Shown here: piece by piece, positions 18,563 to 28,873 of the stretch
How positions within the stretch are numbered: the stretch's first letter is position 1
How the letters are laid out: each line of letters opens with the position of its first letter
Source of the DNA: Clostridiales bacterium
Lineage (GTDB): Bacteria; Bacillota; Clostridia; Christensenellales; DTU072
Direction: 5' to 3'
Length of the DNA stretch: 64,000 bases
Assembly: GCA_012520515.1 (NCBI GenBank)
Contig: JAAYOD010000032.1
Coordinates: 9,967 to 73,966, forward strand
Notes under the pieces: generated by a model
What the model saw: only the letters and a program-made list of their open reading frames with translations
Told to the model about the DNA's origin: nothing
The model's database searches: none
Made by a program: the position numbers and the translations under genes

Positions 18563-18577
18563 GTTTGGAGGCTTTAT

Positions 18578-19465
18578 ATGAAAAAGACGATATTTCAAGG
18601 CGCGGCAACAGCAATAATCACACCTTTTAAAAATGGTGAAGTGGATTATGAAAGTTTTGGCAAAATGATTGATTGGCAAATCGATAGCGGTATCGATGGA
18701 CTAGTTGTGTGCGGAACAACGGGAGAGGCGTCTACCCTTAATGATGAAGAACACAGAAATGTAATCGGTTTTGCTGTGCAAAAGGCAAATAAAAGAGTGC
18801 CGATTATAGCAGGCACTGGAAGCAATGACACAGTTTATGCCATTGACCTTACTAAAGAAGCTTGCAGTTTAGGCGCTGATGCTGTGCTATGCGTTACGCC
18901 TTATTATAATAAAGCAACTCAAAAAGGGCTTATCGATATGTATATAAAGATAGCTGACGCAAGTGAAAAGCCTGTTATCTTGTACAATGTGCCAAGCCGT
19001 ACTTGTGTAAATATTGAGCCAAGCACTTACGCTGTTTTGGCAGACCATGAAAATATTGTGGCTATAAAAGAGGCAAATGGCAATATTTCTAAGATAGTAG
19101 AAACTATGTCGCTTGTTGGAGATAAGCTTGACTTATATTCTGGCAACGATGACCAAATACTACCTTTGCTTGCGCTTGGCGGAAAAGGAGTAATATCGGT
19201 AGTTAGCAATATTATGCCAAAAGAAACTAAGGAAATTTGCACAAGTTTTTTCAGTGGCGATATAAAAAGCAGCTGCCGTCTACAATTACAAATGCACAAC
19301 TTTATAGATTCATTGTTTAGCGAAGTTAATCCAATACCTGTAAAGGCCGCTGCCGCAGCAATGGGCTTGTGCCTAAACGAACTAAGATTGCCGCTAACGA
19401 CAATGGATGAAACAAAATATCAAAAGATGTTAGGTTATATGCGAGAGCTGGGACTTAATGTGTAG
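18578..19465 (+). CDS. dapA: 4-hydroxy-tetrahydrodipicolinate synthase
   Basis: 295 aa. GTTGE motif and DapA-typical length and organisation. Confidence 0.92.
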   Translation: MKKTIFQGAATAIITPFKNGEVDYESFGKMIDWQIDSGIDGLVVCGTTGEASTLNDEEHRNVIGFAVQKANKRVPIIAGTGSNDTVYAIDLTKEACSLGADAVLCVTPYYNKATQKGLIDMYIKIADASEKPVILYNVPSRTCVNIEPSTYAVLADHENIVAIKEANGNISKIVETMSLVGDKLDLYSGNDDQILPLLALGGKGVISVVSNIMPKETKEICTSFFSGDIKSSCRLQLQMHNFIDSLFSEVNPIPVKAAAAAMGLCLNELRLPLTTMDETKYQKMLGYMRELGLNV

Positions 19466-19476
19466 AAAGGAGAATC

Positions 19477-20232
19477 ATGAAAGTAATTATACATGGCGCT
19501 AGCGGAAAGATGGGCGCCGAAGTAGTAAAACTTGTAAAATCGGGATACCAAAATTCAGAAATCTATGCCCTAGTAGATGAACAACTAAATAACAGCGACA
19601 CAGACAAAACTTATAGTGACCTTGCTTTTTGCGTAAAAGGCGCTGATGTTATTATTGATTTTTCTCATCGCAGCCTGACAGCAAAATTATGCAAATATGC
19701 AGAAAAAACAAACACGCCGCTAATTATAGCAACAACAGGGCAGACGGCGGAAGAACTAGAGCTTATAAAAGAAACGGCTAAAGAAGTTCCTGTATTTTAT
19801 TCTGGCAATATGTCTATAGGCATAGTGCTTCTTATAGAGCTTGCAAAGAAAGCTGTTAGTGTTATGCCTGACGCCGATGTTGAGATTGTGGAAACTCACC
19901 ACAATAGAAAGCTAGATGCGCCAAGCGGCACTGCGCTTATGATAGCTGACGGCATAAAGGAAGTTAGGGAGAACGCCACCACTGTTTATGGCAGAAGCGG
20001 ACACCAAAAGAGAGAGCTAAATGAGATAGGCATACACTCATTGCGACTTGGCGATGTCATAGGAGAGCATCAAGTAATTATTGCTACCGATACACAAACG
20101 CTTACACTAAAGCATAGAGCGCACGCTAGAAGTTTGTTTGCTGAGAGCGCCATTAAGGCGGCAAAATATTTGACAGAGCAAAAAGCAGGTTTATATAACA
20201 TGAAGGATATGCTAAAGAATGAAAAAAATTAA
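19477..20232 (+). CDS. dapB: 4-hydroxy-tetrahydrodipicolinate reductase
   Basis: 251 aa. N-terminal GASGKMG and E-x-HH-x-K-x-DAPSGTA motif (ETHHNRKLDAPSGTA). Confidence 0.92.
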   Translation: MKVIIHGASGKMGAEVVKLVKSGYQNSEIYALVDEQLNNSDTDKTYSDLAFCVKGADVIIDFSHRSLTAKLCKYAEKTNTPLIIATTGQTAEELELIKETAKEVPVFYSGNMSIGIVLLIELAKKAVSVMPDADVEIVETHHNRKLDAPSGTALMIADGIKEVRENATTVYGRSGHQKRELNEIGIHSLRLGDVIGEHQVIIATDTQTLTLKHRAHARSLFAESAIKAAKYLTEQKAGLYNMKDMLKNEKN

Positions 20233-21073
20233 TTTTACTAAAATGCATGGTATAGGCAATGATTACATCTATATCAATTGTCTAGATAATGACATTAAAG
20301 ACCCCTCAAAATTAGCTATTATGATGTCGTCAAGACGATATTCTGTTGGCGCAGATGGTGTTGTGCTAATTTGCAAATCAGAAGTAGCCGACGCCAAGAT
20401 GCGAATGTTTAACGCCGATGGCAGTGAGGGCAAAATGTGCGGTAACGCTATAAGGTGCGTGGGGAAGTATCTTTACGATAACGGCATAACGGATAAAAAG
20501 AGTTTGTCTATAGAAACCTTGAGCGGCATTAAGTATTTAGAGCTTTTTGTGGTAAATGGAAAGGTAGACACAGTTAAGGTAGATATGGGACTTGCTATCA
20601 TAGACCCCAAGGAAATTCCTGTAATAGCTTCTAAGTCTATGATAAATGAAAAAGTTATAGTTAATGACAAGCCATATTTTATTACGGCAGTTTCTATGGG
20701 AAATCCCCATGCTGTTATCTTTTTAGATGAAATAGATAATCTTAATTTAGAAAAGATTGGTCCAAGTTTTGAAAATCTTGACTTATTCCCTGAAAGAGTA
20801 AACACAGAGTTTGTAAAAGTGATAGACAGAAAAACGCTAAAAATGCGGGTGTGGGAAAGGGGTAGCGGCGAAACGCACGCTTGCGGTACAGGTTCTTGCG
20901 CCACAGTAGTTGCCGCTATACTAAATGGATATTGTGATTATGGTGAAAATGTAACGGTAAAACTAATTGGCGGAGAGCTTAACATAGTTTGTAACAAAGA
21001 TATGAAAGTCTTTATGACAGGAAAAGCAACAAAAGTATATGATGGAGTGTATGAATATGAAGATAAAAATTAA
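20219..21073 (+). CDS. dapF: diaminopimelate epimerase
   Basis: 284 aa. MHGIGNDY N-terminus. Two catalytic Cys regions (MCGNAIRC, ACGTGSCA). Confidence 0.92.
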   Translation: MKKINFTKMHGIGNDYIYINCLDNDIKDPSKLAIMMSSRRYSVGADGVVLICKSEVADAKMRMFNADGSEGKMCGNAIRCVGKYLYDNGITDKKSLSIETLSGIKYLELFVVNGKVDTVKVDMGLAIIDPKEIPVIASKSMINEKVIVNDKPYFITAVSMGNPHAVIFLDEIDNLNLEKIGPSFENLDLFPERVNTEFVKVIDRKTLKMRVWERGSGETHACGTGSCATVVAAILNGYCDYGENVTVKLIGGELNIVCNKDMKVFMTGKATKVYDGVYEYEDKN

Positions 21074-22238
21074 TGAAAATTACAAGAGCTTAAAAGAAAG
21101 TTATTTGTTTAGTGAAATAGCTAAGAGAGTAAACGCATATGTAAAGGAAAACCCTGACAAAAAGGTCATTAGACTAGGCATTGGAGATGTTACCCTTCCA
21201 CTGCCAAAAACAGCGACGGACGCTATGCAAAAAGCTGTTCAAGAGATGACTGAAAAAGCTACTTTTCGCGGCTATGCGCCAGAATATGGATATGATTTTA
21301 TTAGAGAAGCAATATCAAAACGCTACAAAAAATTTAATGTTGAAATAGAAAGTCAAGAAGTGTTTGTAAGCGATGGAGCAAAGAGCGATGTAGGCAACAT
21401 TGTGGACATACTTGGCGACAACAAAATTCTAATTCCAAATCCTGTGTACCCTGTGTACTTAGACAGCAACATAATGAGCGGCAGAAAGGTGGAGTTTTTG
21501 GAAGCTAATATAGATAACCAATTTTTGCCTATGCCACCTAAAACAAGAGAAGAAGGACTTATTATTTACCTTTGCTCACCAAACAACCCAACGGGCGCTG
21601 TCTATAATTTTGAACAGTTGAAAAAATGGGTACAGTTTGCTAGACAAACAGGCTCTCTTATTATATTTGACGCAGCCTATGAGAGTTTTATTGTGGGCGA
21701 ATATCCACACTCTATATATGAAATAGATGGCGCGAAAGAGTGCGCAATAGAAGTTTGCAGTTTTTCCAAAATGGCTGGCTTTACAGGTACAAGGTGCGCT
21801 TGGATGGTAGTGCCTAAGGCTTTGGAAAGCAGCGGAACTAGCCTTAACAAGCTGTGGGCAAGACGGCAAGCTACCAAGTTTAATGGAGTGCCTTATATGG
21901 TGCAAAGGGGGGCTGAAGCCGTTTTGACAGAACAAGGGGAAAAAGAATGCAACAAACTTATAGCATATTATATGCAAAACGCAAAAGTGCTTGCTGACCT
22001 GTTTACCAAGAAAGGCATATATTTTACTGGCGGAATTTCTTCGCCATATATCTGGCTAAAATGTCCAAAAGGTATGTCATCATGGGAATTTTTTGATTAC
22101 TTATTACAAAACGCTCAAATAGTTGGCACCCCTGGAGCAGGCTTTGGCAGCGCAGGTGAAAGCTACTTTAGACTTTCATCATTTGGCGATAAAGATTTAA
22201 CTGTTGAAGCGGCAGCAAGGCTAGATAATCTACTATAA
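21057..22238 (+). CDS. dapL: LL-diaminopimelate aminotransferase
   Basis: DapL-like N-terminus MKIKINENYKSLKESYLFSEI. Class I aminotransferase with SFSKMAGFTGTRC (PLP lysine). Start placed at the ATG 9 nt after GGAG rather than the track start 21039. Confidence 0.85.
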   Translation: MKIKINENYKSLKESYLFSEIAKRVNAYVKENPDKKVIRLGIGDVTLPLPKTATDAMQKAVQEMTEKATFRGYAPEYGYDFIREAISKRYKKFNVEIESQEVFVSDGAKSDVGNIVDILGDNKILIPNPVYPVYLDSNIMSGRKVEFLEANIDNQFLPMPPKTREEGLIIYLCSPNNPTGAVYNFEQLKKWVQFARQTGSLIIFDAAYESFIVGEYPHSIYEIDGAKECAIEVCSFSKMAGFTGTRCAWMVVPKALESSGTSLNKLWARRQATKFNGVPYMVQRGAEAVLTEQGEKECNKLIAYYMQNAKVLADLFTKKGIYFTGGISSPYIWLKCPKGMSSWEFFDYLLQNAQIVGTPGAGFGSAGESYFRLSSFGDKDLTVEAAARLDNLL

Positions 22239-22263
22239 AAAACATTAAAGGAAAACATAAAAG

Positions 22264-23559
22264 ATGATACACGACAATCTAAAGATAAATGATAAAGGCA
22301 ATCTAGCGTTTGCCAATTGCGATACAACAACTTTAGCTAAAAAATATGGCACACCTCTTATGGTAATGGATGAAGATAGAGTGCGCAGCCACATAAGGAC
22401 ATATAAAAATGCTATGGAAAAGAGTTTTGGCGCAAAAGCTATGCCCCTTTATGCTTCTAAGGCGCTTTGCTTTAAGGGTATGTATAAGATAGCTAAAGAA
22501 GAAGGAATTGGCATAGATGTGGTGTCATCAGGAGAGATTTATACCGCTGTTTTGGCTGGTTTTCCTATGGAAAAAGCTTTTTTTCACGGCAATAACAAAA
22601 CCGACCAAGACATAAAGTACGCAATAAATAGCAAAGTTGGATTTTTTGTAGCCGATAATATAGAAGAGCTTGACGCAATTGATAATTATGCAAAAATAGC
22701 TAATATAAAGCAAAAAGTACTTTTAAGGCTTACGCCAGGCATTGACCCCGACACACATAAGGCAGTATGCACAGGCAATATTGACTCAAAATTCGGTCAA
22801 GCAATTGGCACAAACCAAGCTGATTTTATCACCACTTACGCGCTTAGTAAGAAAAACATTGAGCTTAAAGGTTTTCATTGCCATATAGGAAGTCAAATTT
22901 TTGATTGTCAGCCCTTTATAGACGCAGCCGATATTATGCTTAATTTTATAGCAGAAATTGATAAAAAATATGGCTATATGGCAGAATATCTAAATTTAGG
23001 CGGTGGATTTGGCGTAAGATACACTAAGGATAATCCACAAATAGACTATGAACAAAATATAATAAAAATTAGCGACCATATCAAAGAGCTATGCAAAAAG
23101 TATGACATCAAAATGCCCATTATATTAATGGAACCTGGTAGAAGTTTGGTAGCTGACGCTGGAATTACGCTGTATACAGTGGGAAGCGTTAAGGAAATAC
23201 CTGGCTTTAAGAATTATGTTTCAATAGACGGCGGTATGACAGACAATCCAAGATATGCGCTATATCAGTCGCCTTATACTGTGCTTGTAGCAAACAAAGC
23301 TAGCAAAAAAGCAGATTATAAATGCACCATAGCTGGAAGATGCTGTGAAAGCGGAGACCTTATACAAGAAGATGTCACAATTACAAAGCCTCAAAGGGGA
23401 GATGTTTTGGCAGTGCTAGTAACGGGCGCATATAATTACGCTATGAGCTCTAATTATAATAAAATTCCCCGTCCGCCTATTGTGATGGTGTCAAATGGCA
23501 AAGATTCTTTGGCAGTAAGGCGCGAAACCATTGAAGATTTGGCAAGACTAGATGTATAA
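22264..23559 (+). CDS. lysA: diaminopimelate decarboxylase
   Basis: 431 aa. Orn/DAP/Arg decarboxylase fold, motifs YASKA (PLP lysine) and GGGFG, CESGD. Confidence 0.92.
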   Translation: MIHDNLKINDKGNLAFANCDTTTLAKKYGTPLMVMDEDRVRSHIRTYKNAMEKSFGAKAMPLYASKALCFKGMYKIAKEEGIGIDVVSSGEIYTAVLAGFPMEKAFFHGNNKTDQDIKYAINSKVGFFVADNIEELDAIDNYAKIANIKQKVLLRLTPGIDPDTHKAVCTGNIDSKFGQAIGTNQADFITTYALSKKNIELKGFHCHIGSQIFDCQPFIDAADIMLNFIAEIDKKYGYMAEYLNLGGGFGVRYTKDNPQIDYEQNIIKISDHIKELCKKYDIKMPIILMEPGRSLVADAGITLYTVGSVKEIPGFKNYVSIDGGMTDNPRYALYQSPYTVLVANKASKKADYKCTIAGRCCESGDLIQEDVTITKPQRGDVLAVLVTGAYNYAMSSNYNKIPRPPIVMVSNGKDSLAVRRETIEDLARLDV

Positions 23560-23758
23560 TAGCTCTTGTATCATATTTTAGATTATGTTATGATTAGGTA
23601 GAAACTAAAGAAAAACCTTTTTACTAAACATTCGGGCAAAAATATATTAAAAATACTTAAGTATAAAATTACCTTGAGCGCTATTTTCCATAAAAGCTTA
23701 TTATGGGGAATTAACTAATGAGGGAAAATTTTTTGCGAAGAGAAAGGACATCTTTTAC

Positions 23759-25513
23759 ATGAAAAAAATATTTTCAATATTACTTATAGTCATTATTGCG
23801 GCTTTACTTTGCTTGCCTTTGGTATCTTGTAACAACAAAATTAGCTATGATTATGCTTTTATAAGCGACCTGCATGTAGTTGCTAGCAGTAAATTCACCA
23901 AAGAAAACTTTGTTTCGTACACAAAACGGCAAAAGCTGTTACATATATCGGAAGCTATTTTGCATTCTTTGGTAGATGAGCTTATTCAAAAAAAATATAA
24001 ATATGTTTTTGTGGGCGGAGATATCACAGAGTATGGCGATGAAGAATCTCACCTTGTAGCAGCGGCGGCCTTTGATAAGCTAAAAAGGGCAGGCTGTAAG
24101 GTGTTTGTAATAAACGGTAACCACGACTTGCCAGTAAATAAAGGCGAAGTGGGTAAAAAAATTAATCCTGCAAGGTTTAGGGAAATATATAAAGAGTTTG
24201 GCTATGAACAAGCAGTTGAAAAAAGCCCGAACACCTTAAGCTATGCGGCAAATGTAAATAAAAAGTATAGAGTTATTGGCGTAGATAATATGATACACTA
24301 TGGCCAAGATGAAATAGATGTCAAGGCAAGCGAATTGAGTGACGCCCATATAAGATGGATAGAAGGGCAAGTTAACAAATGTATTGAAGACAAAGTTACT
24401 CCCATAATTTTTGCGCACGACACCATGCTAGACCATTATCCGCCTTTTGTGCAAGCGGCGCTTAACAGAAAAGCAGGGGCGCAATTTAACACACTTACCA
24501 AAAGCATAGCTGATAAAGGCGCAAAGTTTATCTTTTCTGGTCACGACCATATTCAAGATATAAGCTCATTAAAGACAGAAAACGATAATGAGCTTTATGA
24601 AGTGTCGGGAGCGTCTATGACACTTTATCCCCTAACTTATAGAGAAATGAGCTTTAACAAGAAAAAAGTGGTGATAAACACTTGCAGTTTTGATAACCTA
24701 AATGTCAAATATTTGCCTCCGTTTAGCGATGACAGCTTAAAAAAGGAACTGGAAAACGGCTTGCAAACTTATTGTTATAACCATTTTTATCACTATATAA
24801 ATAATTTAGTCACTTCAGCTCCCGATGCGCTTAGGGGAATGTCTTTACCAACTGAAGCAAAGCAAACTATGCAAGTTTTTGCCGACGGCGTAGTTGATAA
24901 AATTATAAATAATCCATTTTATAAGAACAAAGAAAATGATAATATCTCTTTGCAAAGAATACTAGAAAACTATGATATTGACTTGCCAGAGTCCGAATAT
25001 AAAAGCCTTGCCGACCTTGCACCAATAATGGTAATGAAATTGTTAGCAGGCGATGAAAATTTTGTAGGCGGTCCTGAGCTTAGCCTTATAAAGTACACAA
25101 TTTTTAGCATTTTTTATTATATCCAGCAACAAAGTCAATATTTTGCAGAGCTATGGCCAGAATTGCTTATTAATATTGATTTGCCAAAATTATTTAATAA
25201 AGGAATTTTGGAAGCATATGACAGCAATTTAATGCCATTTTTATTAGAAGTAATAAAAAGTATTGATAAAACTATTGGCTCAGCATTGTCTATTTTTAGC
25301 CAGAATTTTGATAAAATAAGTGACAGTTTGGTGCTAGCTATAATAAGCGGATACACTAATGATATAGTTGATAACCTTGACGAATATTTTGTGGGACGCA
25401 ATGTGCTTTTAGGAAAACTTATAGACCAAGGTCTATGGGAAAGATATGGTGCGGGGTTTGTGCAAGATATTGCGCCGTCTGACACTTATTTTGAAGTAGA
25501 ATTAGAAAAATAA
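23759..25513 (+). CDS. metallophosphoesterase lipoprotein with a long uncharacterised C-terminal region
   Basis: 584 aa. Signal peptide plus lipobox (PLVSC). Calcineurin-like motifs DLH, GDITEYG, GNHD, GHDH. Confidence 0.8.
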   Translation: MKKIFSILLIVIIAALLCLPLVSCNNKISYDYAFISDLHVVASSKFTKENFVSYTKRQKLLHISEAILHSLVDELIQKKYKYVFVGGDITEYGDEESHLVAAAAFDKLKRAGCKVFVINGNHDLPVNKGEVGKKINPARFREIYKEFGYEQAVEKSPNTLSYAANVNKKYRVIGVDNMIHYGQDEIDVKASELSDAHIRWIEGQVNKCIEDKVTPIIFAHDTMLDHYPPFVQAALNRKAGAQFNTLTKSIADKGAKFIFSGHDHIQDISSLKTENDNELYEVSGASMTLYPLTYREMSFNKKKVVINTCSFDNLNVKYLPPFSDDSLKKELENGLQTYCYNHFYHYINNLVTSAPDALRGMSLPTEAKQTMQVFADGVVDKIINNPFYKNKENDNISLQRILENYDIDLPESEYKSLADLAPIMVMKLLAGDENFVGGPELSLIKYTIFSIFYYIQQQSQYFAELWPELLINIDLPKLFNKGILEAYDSNLMPFLLEVIKSIDKTIGSALSIFSQNFDKISDSLVLAIISGYTNDIVDNLDEYFVGRNVLLGKLIDQGLWERYGAGFVQDIAPSDTYFEVELEK

Positions 25514-25527
25514 AATAGCTTAAAATT

Positions 25528-25549
25528 AGGACGGCTTCTAAGCCGTCCT
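25528..25549. terminator. bidirectional hairpin between convergent genes
   Basis: Perfect inverted repeat AGGACGGCTT / AAGCCGTCCT between the stop at 25513 (+) and the stop at 25555 (-). Flanking T/A runs are weak. Confidence 0.65.
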
Positions 25550-25554
25550 GTAAT

Positions 25555-27042
25555 TTATTTTCGGTAAAGTTTTTTGGTGGAGTATACAGGTTCGCTTGTC
25601 ACATTAAGACCTAAACTTCTAAATACTCTTTCATCTACCGAACCTAAAATAGTTGTTGTATGTATCTCACAGCCGTTTAGGTATTTTAGTTGCGCCATAG
25701 CGTATTTAGCAAGCTGATTAGTTGCTGCGCTCATAGATAGCGCAATTAGCACTTCATCAGTATGCAGTCTTGGGTTTTTGCTGCCTAAATATTGTGTTTT
25801 GAGCGCTTGAATTGGCTCTATTGCCGATGGTGCTATAAGCTTTACGCTGTCGTCAATGTTGCCAAGCGCTTTAAGAGAGTTAAGCAAAACGGAGCTTGAA
25901 CAGCCCATAAGGTCGGTGGTTTTTCCTGTTATTATTCTGCCGTCATTAAGCTGAATGGCAGCGCTAGGGGTGCGGGTGCGCTTTTGGCATTTTAATGCAG
26001 CTGGCACAACAAGCCTATCATTTACGCTTAGCCCAAGTCTATCCATCATAAGCTTAATTTTTTGCGTTTCTAAGCTGCTTGAGATATATTGTCTTTCTCC
26101 CACCATTGCTTTAAAATAACGCCTTATTATTTCTTGTCTTGCAGCTTCTTGGCAAAGTGCATCATCGCTTATGCAAAAACCTACCATATTAACGCCCATA
26201 TCGGTCGGGGATTTGTAAGGGGATTCTCCCATAATTCTTTCAAAGAGCAAGTTAAGGATAGGGAATGTCTCCACATCTCTATTATAGTTTACTGCCTTTT
26301 CATTATAGGCGGCAAAGTGCCACGGGTCTAACAAGTTTACATCGTTAAGGTCTGCTGTGGCAGCTTCATATGCTATGTTTACTGGGTGGTCTAAAGGTAA
26401 ATTCCAAATAGGGAAAGTTTCATACTTTGCATACCCTGCCTTAATGCCCCTTTTGTGTTCGTGATAAAGTTGGCTAAGACAAGTCGCCATCTTGCCACTG
26501 CACGGCCCTGGCGCAGTAACTACAATAAGCTGTCTTGAAGTTTCTACATAGTCATTTTTGCCATAGCCATCATCGCTTACAATATGAGAAACATCGTTGG
26601 GATAACCTTTTATGGTATAATGGCGATAGACGCGTAAATTAAGTTTTTCTAATTTTTTACCAAATGCAATAGCTGGCTGATTGTCTTTGCTAAATTGTGA
26701 GATGACAACGCTTCCTACATACAAGCCTTTGCTTCTAAAGATATCTATAAGCCTAAGCACATCATCATCGTATGTAATGCCAAGGTCAGATCGTAGTTTA
26801 TTTTTAGCTATATCAATTGCGTTAATGGTTATTATTATTTCGGCTTTATCTTTTAAGTTTTGCAATAAAATTATTTTGTTGTCAGCTGCAAAACCTGGAA
26901 GGACACGGGAAGCGTGAAAATCATCAAATAACTTGCCGCCAAACTCTAAGTATAGCTTGCCACCAAATTCTTCTATGCGTTCTGATATTTTTTTGGATTG
27001 CATTTCTAAATATTTAGCGCTATCAAAACCAGTTTTTATCAT
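25555..27042 (-). CDS. UPF0371/DUF1846 family protein
   Basis: About 495 aa. N-terminus [19 protein letters not shown] is typical of the conserved Firmicutes UPF0371 family. Start set to the ATG 8 nt after GGGAAG instead of the upstream GTG. Confidence 0.8.
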   Translation of the reverse strand: MIKTGFDSAKYLEMQSKKISERIEEFGGKLYLEFGGKLFDDFHASRVLPGFAADNKIILLQNLKDKAEIIITINAIDIAKNKLRSDLGITYDDDVLRLIDIFRSKGLYVGSVVISQFSKDNQPAIAFGKKLEKLNLRVYRHYTIKGYPNDVSHIVSDDGYGKNDYVETSRQLIVVTAPGPCSGKMATCLSQLYHEHKRGIKAGYAKYETFPIWNLPLDHPVNIAYEAATADLNDVNLLDPWHFAAYNEKAVNYNRDVETFPILNLLFERIMGESPYKSPTDMGVNMVGFCISDDALCQEAARQEIIRRYFKAMVGERQYISSSLETQKIKLMMDRLGLSVNDRLVVPAALKCQKRTRTPSAAIQLNDGRIITGKTTDLMGCSSSVLLNSLKALGNIDDSVKLIAPSAIEPIQALKTQYLGSKNPRLHTDEVLIALSMSAATNQLAKYAMAQLKYLNGCEIHTTTILGSVDERVFRSLGLNVTSEPVYSTKKLYRK

Positions 27043-27114
27043 TAAAATCACTTCCCTTTTGTAATCAAAATGTATTTTAGTTTTTGTTTTATTAAAAAAT
27101 GTAATTCAAATGTA

Positions 27115-27143
27115 ATTATAACCCGAAAGTCATTAAAGGTCAA
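27115..27143 (-). promoter_or_regulatory. sigma-A type promoter candidate for the UPF0371 gene
   Basis: Minus strand: TTGACC, 17 nt, TATAAT. Confidence 0.55.
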
Positions 27144-27168
27144 TACTTCTAAAAAGTAAAGCAAAGCG

Positions 27169-27783
27169 CTATTTTTTTAGAGCTTCAAGTGTTATCCATT
27201 TATCTTTGTATGATATGTTAGCTACTGTAAAACCTGCGTCTTTAAGGTGTTTTACCAATTCTTTCTCAGTATAAATTTTGAGATTTAACTTGTCTTCCAA
27301 TTTTTTGCATTGGTCACAAGTTTGGTGATCTTTGCTTAATTCATTTATTATAATAAACCTGCCCCCGTCTGCTAGCACGCGGTAAACTTCTTTAAGCGCA
27401 ACATTTATAGGGTTCCAAAAATATATAGTTTCTACTGCAGTCACTATATCAAATGAATTATCAAGGTATTTCATATTTAGCACATTGCCTAAATCAATCT
27501 TGGCTCTGTTTGCTCTTATGTTTTTAAAGTTTTTTCTAGTTGCCATTTTTACACACAACGGAGAATAGTCCATTCCAATTACTTTAGCGCAAGATTTTTG
27601 CAACAATAAGTCTATTGTTATACCGCCGCCGCAACCAATATCTAATATGGATGCCGCTTGACTAAAATTGTAATGAGAAAGTCCCCACTGTATTAATTCT
27701 AAATGGCGTTTATTCATACGCCTTATCATAAGATTGCCAAATATGCCTTTTGGCTTTCTGCAATTCTTTGTAACTCTTGACAT
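27169..27783 (-). CDS. class I SAM-dependent methyltransferase
   Basis: 204 aa. Motif I LDIGCGGG and a typical Rossmann-like MTase layout. Confidence 0.85.
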   Translation of the reverse strand: MSRVTKNCRKPKGIFGNLMIRRMNKRHLELIQWGLSHYNFSQAASILDIGCGGGITIDLLLQKSCAKVIGMDYSPLCVKMATRKNFKNIRANRAKIDLGNVLNMKYLDNSFDIVTAVETIYFWNPINVALKEVYRVLADGGRFIIINELSKDHQTCDQCKKLEDKLNLKIYTEKELVKHLKDAGFTVANISYKDKWITLEALKK

Positions 27784-27819
27784 ATTCCGCTCCTATTATA
27801 ATTTTGCGTAAGTTAACAC

Positions 27820-28797
27820 TTATTTATGTGATTTTTTAGTCTTTTTATGTTTTGCTAAATACTTCTCCATATTAAGCGGCGCAAGCGTTGCGTAATTTGT
27901 ATTTAGCATTTTTGCAAAAGCGCCAAGCGTGATGATAGATATGTTACTATCTTTAAGCGCTTTTGTAAGTCGGTCGCAACCGCCTTTTCCTCTAACAAAA
28001 TAAAGGGCTGTGGTGACATCTGTTGTATAACTTCCGCCTAAGTCAATCACCTTTTGTATAAGTTTTGCCGCCTTGCCGTAGTTAAGCGATTCTACCTTTC
28101 TAGAAAAGCAAAAAACCTTGCCCTCTAGTGTATTGTCTTTATCATTTTGTCTTTTGGCTGCTTTAAGGTACTGTTTAAATAAAAAGTACTGTTTTCGCTC
28201 TTTGTGCTTTTTGATAAGGTGGCTCATTTTGTGGTTGCTGGTGGGATATTTTTTTAATAGTTCCGCAAGCTCTAAGCCTTGTTTTTTGCACATTGTTTTA
28301 ACAACTTGCATTGTCATTTCTGCATCGTCGTCGCTTCGGTGGGCATTGCCAACAGCAATATCAAGCTCTTGACAAATTGCCGATAAGTTTTTGTGCAATG
28401 CGCTGTTTGTATACACTCTATAAAGCTCTTGACTGTCAAAAAAATCAAATTCTATTATGGGTAAGTTATATCTGTCGCAGTCGCCTAGCAAAAAGTTTAC
28501 ATCATTGTCTACCGCATGCCCTAAAACAATTTGGTTAGGTTTTGTTAAAATCTCCCTAATAAGCGGATACATTTCATCAAACTTTGGCTGTTTTAAAAAT
28601 TCGCTTTGGGGATAGCCTAAGGTAATGTACTTTTTACTAAATACACCGTAGCTAAATTTTGCATCAGGGTTTATGAGCAAGTCTTTTTTTTCTATAATAT
28701 TAAATGAAGAGTCGCAAAGCACATATCCAAAACTGCAAATTTTGCCCATGCCGTTATCGCAATTGGCGCATTCTATATCAAAAAATAAATAGTTCAC
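27820..28797 (-). CDS. DEDDh 3'-5' exonuclease (DnaQ-like) with a probable BRCT-like C-terminal domain
   Basis: 325 aa. ExoI FFDIE, ExoII DNDVNFL, ExoIII HRSDDDAEM. The C-terminal 80 aa (GKVFCFS...GGSYTTDVT..ALYFV) resembles BRCT. GTG start. Confidence 0.75.
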   Translation of the reverse strand: MNYLFFDIECANCDNGMGKICSFGYVLCDSSFNIIEKKDLLINPDAKFSYGVFSKKYITLGYPQSEFLKQPKFDEMYPLIREILTKPNQIVLGHAVDNDVNFLLGDCDRYNLPIIEFDFFDSQELYRVYTNSALHKNLSAICQELDIAVGNAHRSDDDAEMTMQVVKTMCKKQGLELAELLKKYPTSNHKMSHLIKKHKERKQYFLFKQYLKAAKRQNDKDNTLEGKVFCFSRKVESLNYGKAAKLIQKVIDLGGSYTTDVTTALYFVRGKGGCDRLTKALKDSNISIITLGAFAKMLNTNYATLAPLNMEKYLAKHKKTKKSHK

Positions 28798-28873
28798 CGT
28801 ATATTATAAAGTCCTTTTTCTTGTTTAATGCCAGCTAATTTATATTATTTGCAAAAATTAATCATAGGTATAA

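Noticed and set aside
23718-23762. 14-codon upstream ORF (MRENFLRREGTSFT) whose TGA overlaps the ATG of the metallophosphoesterase gene, with GGGGA 8 nt upstream
   Set aside because: The main gene has its own acceptable AGGA 10 nt upstream. The peptide has no regulatory-leader features such as runs of one amino acid. Without conservation data it cannot be told from chance.
28798-28815. TATAAT immediately upstream of the exonuclease GTG start, as a possible leaderless promoter
   Set aside because: There is no acceptable -35 at 16-18 nt (GCATTA / GGCATT), and GTG is a poor leaderless start. The TTGCAA-17-TATAAT promoter further upstream is much better.
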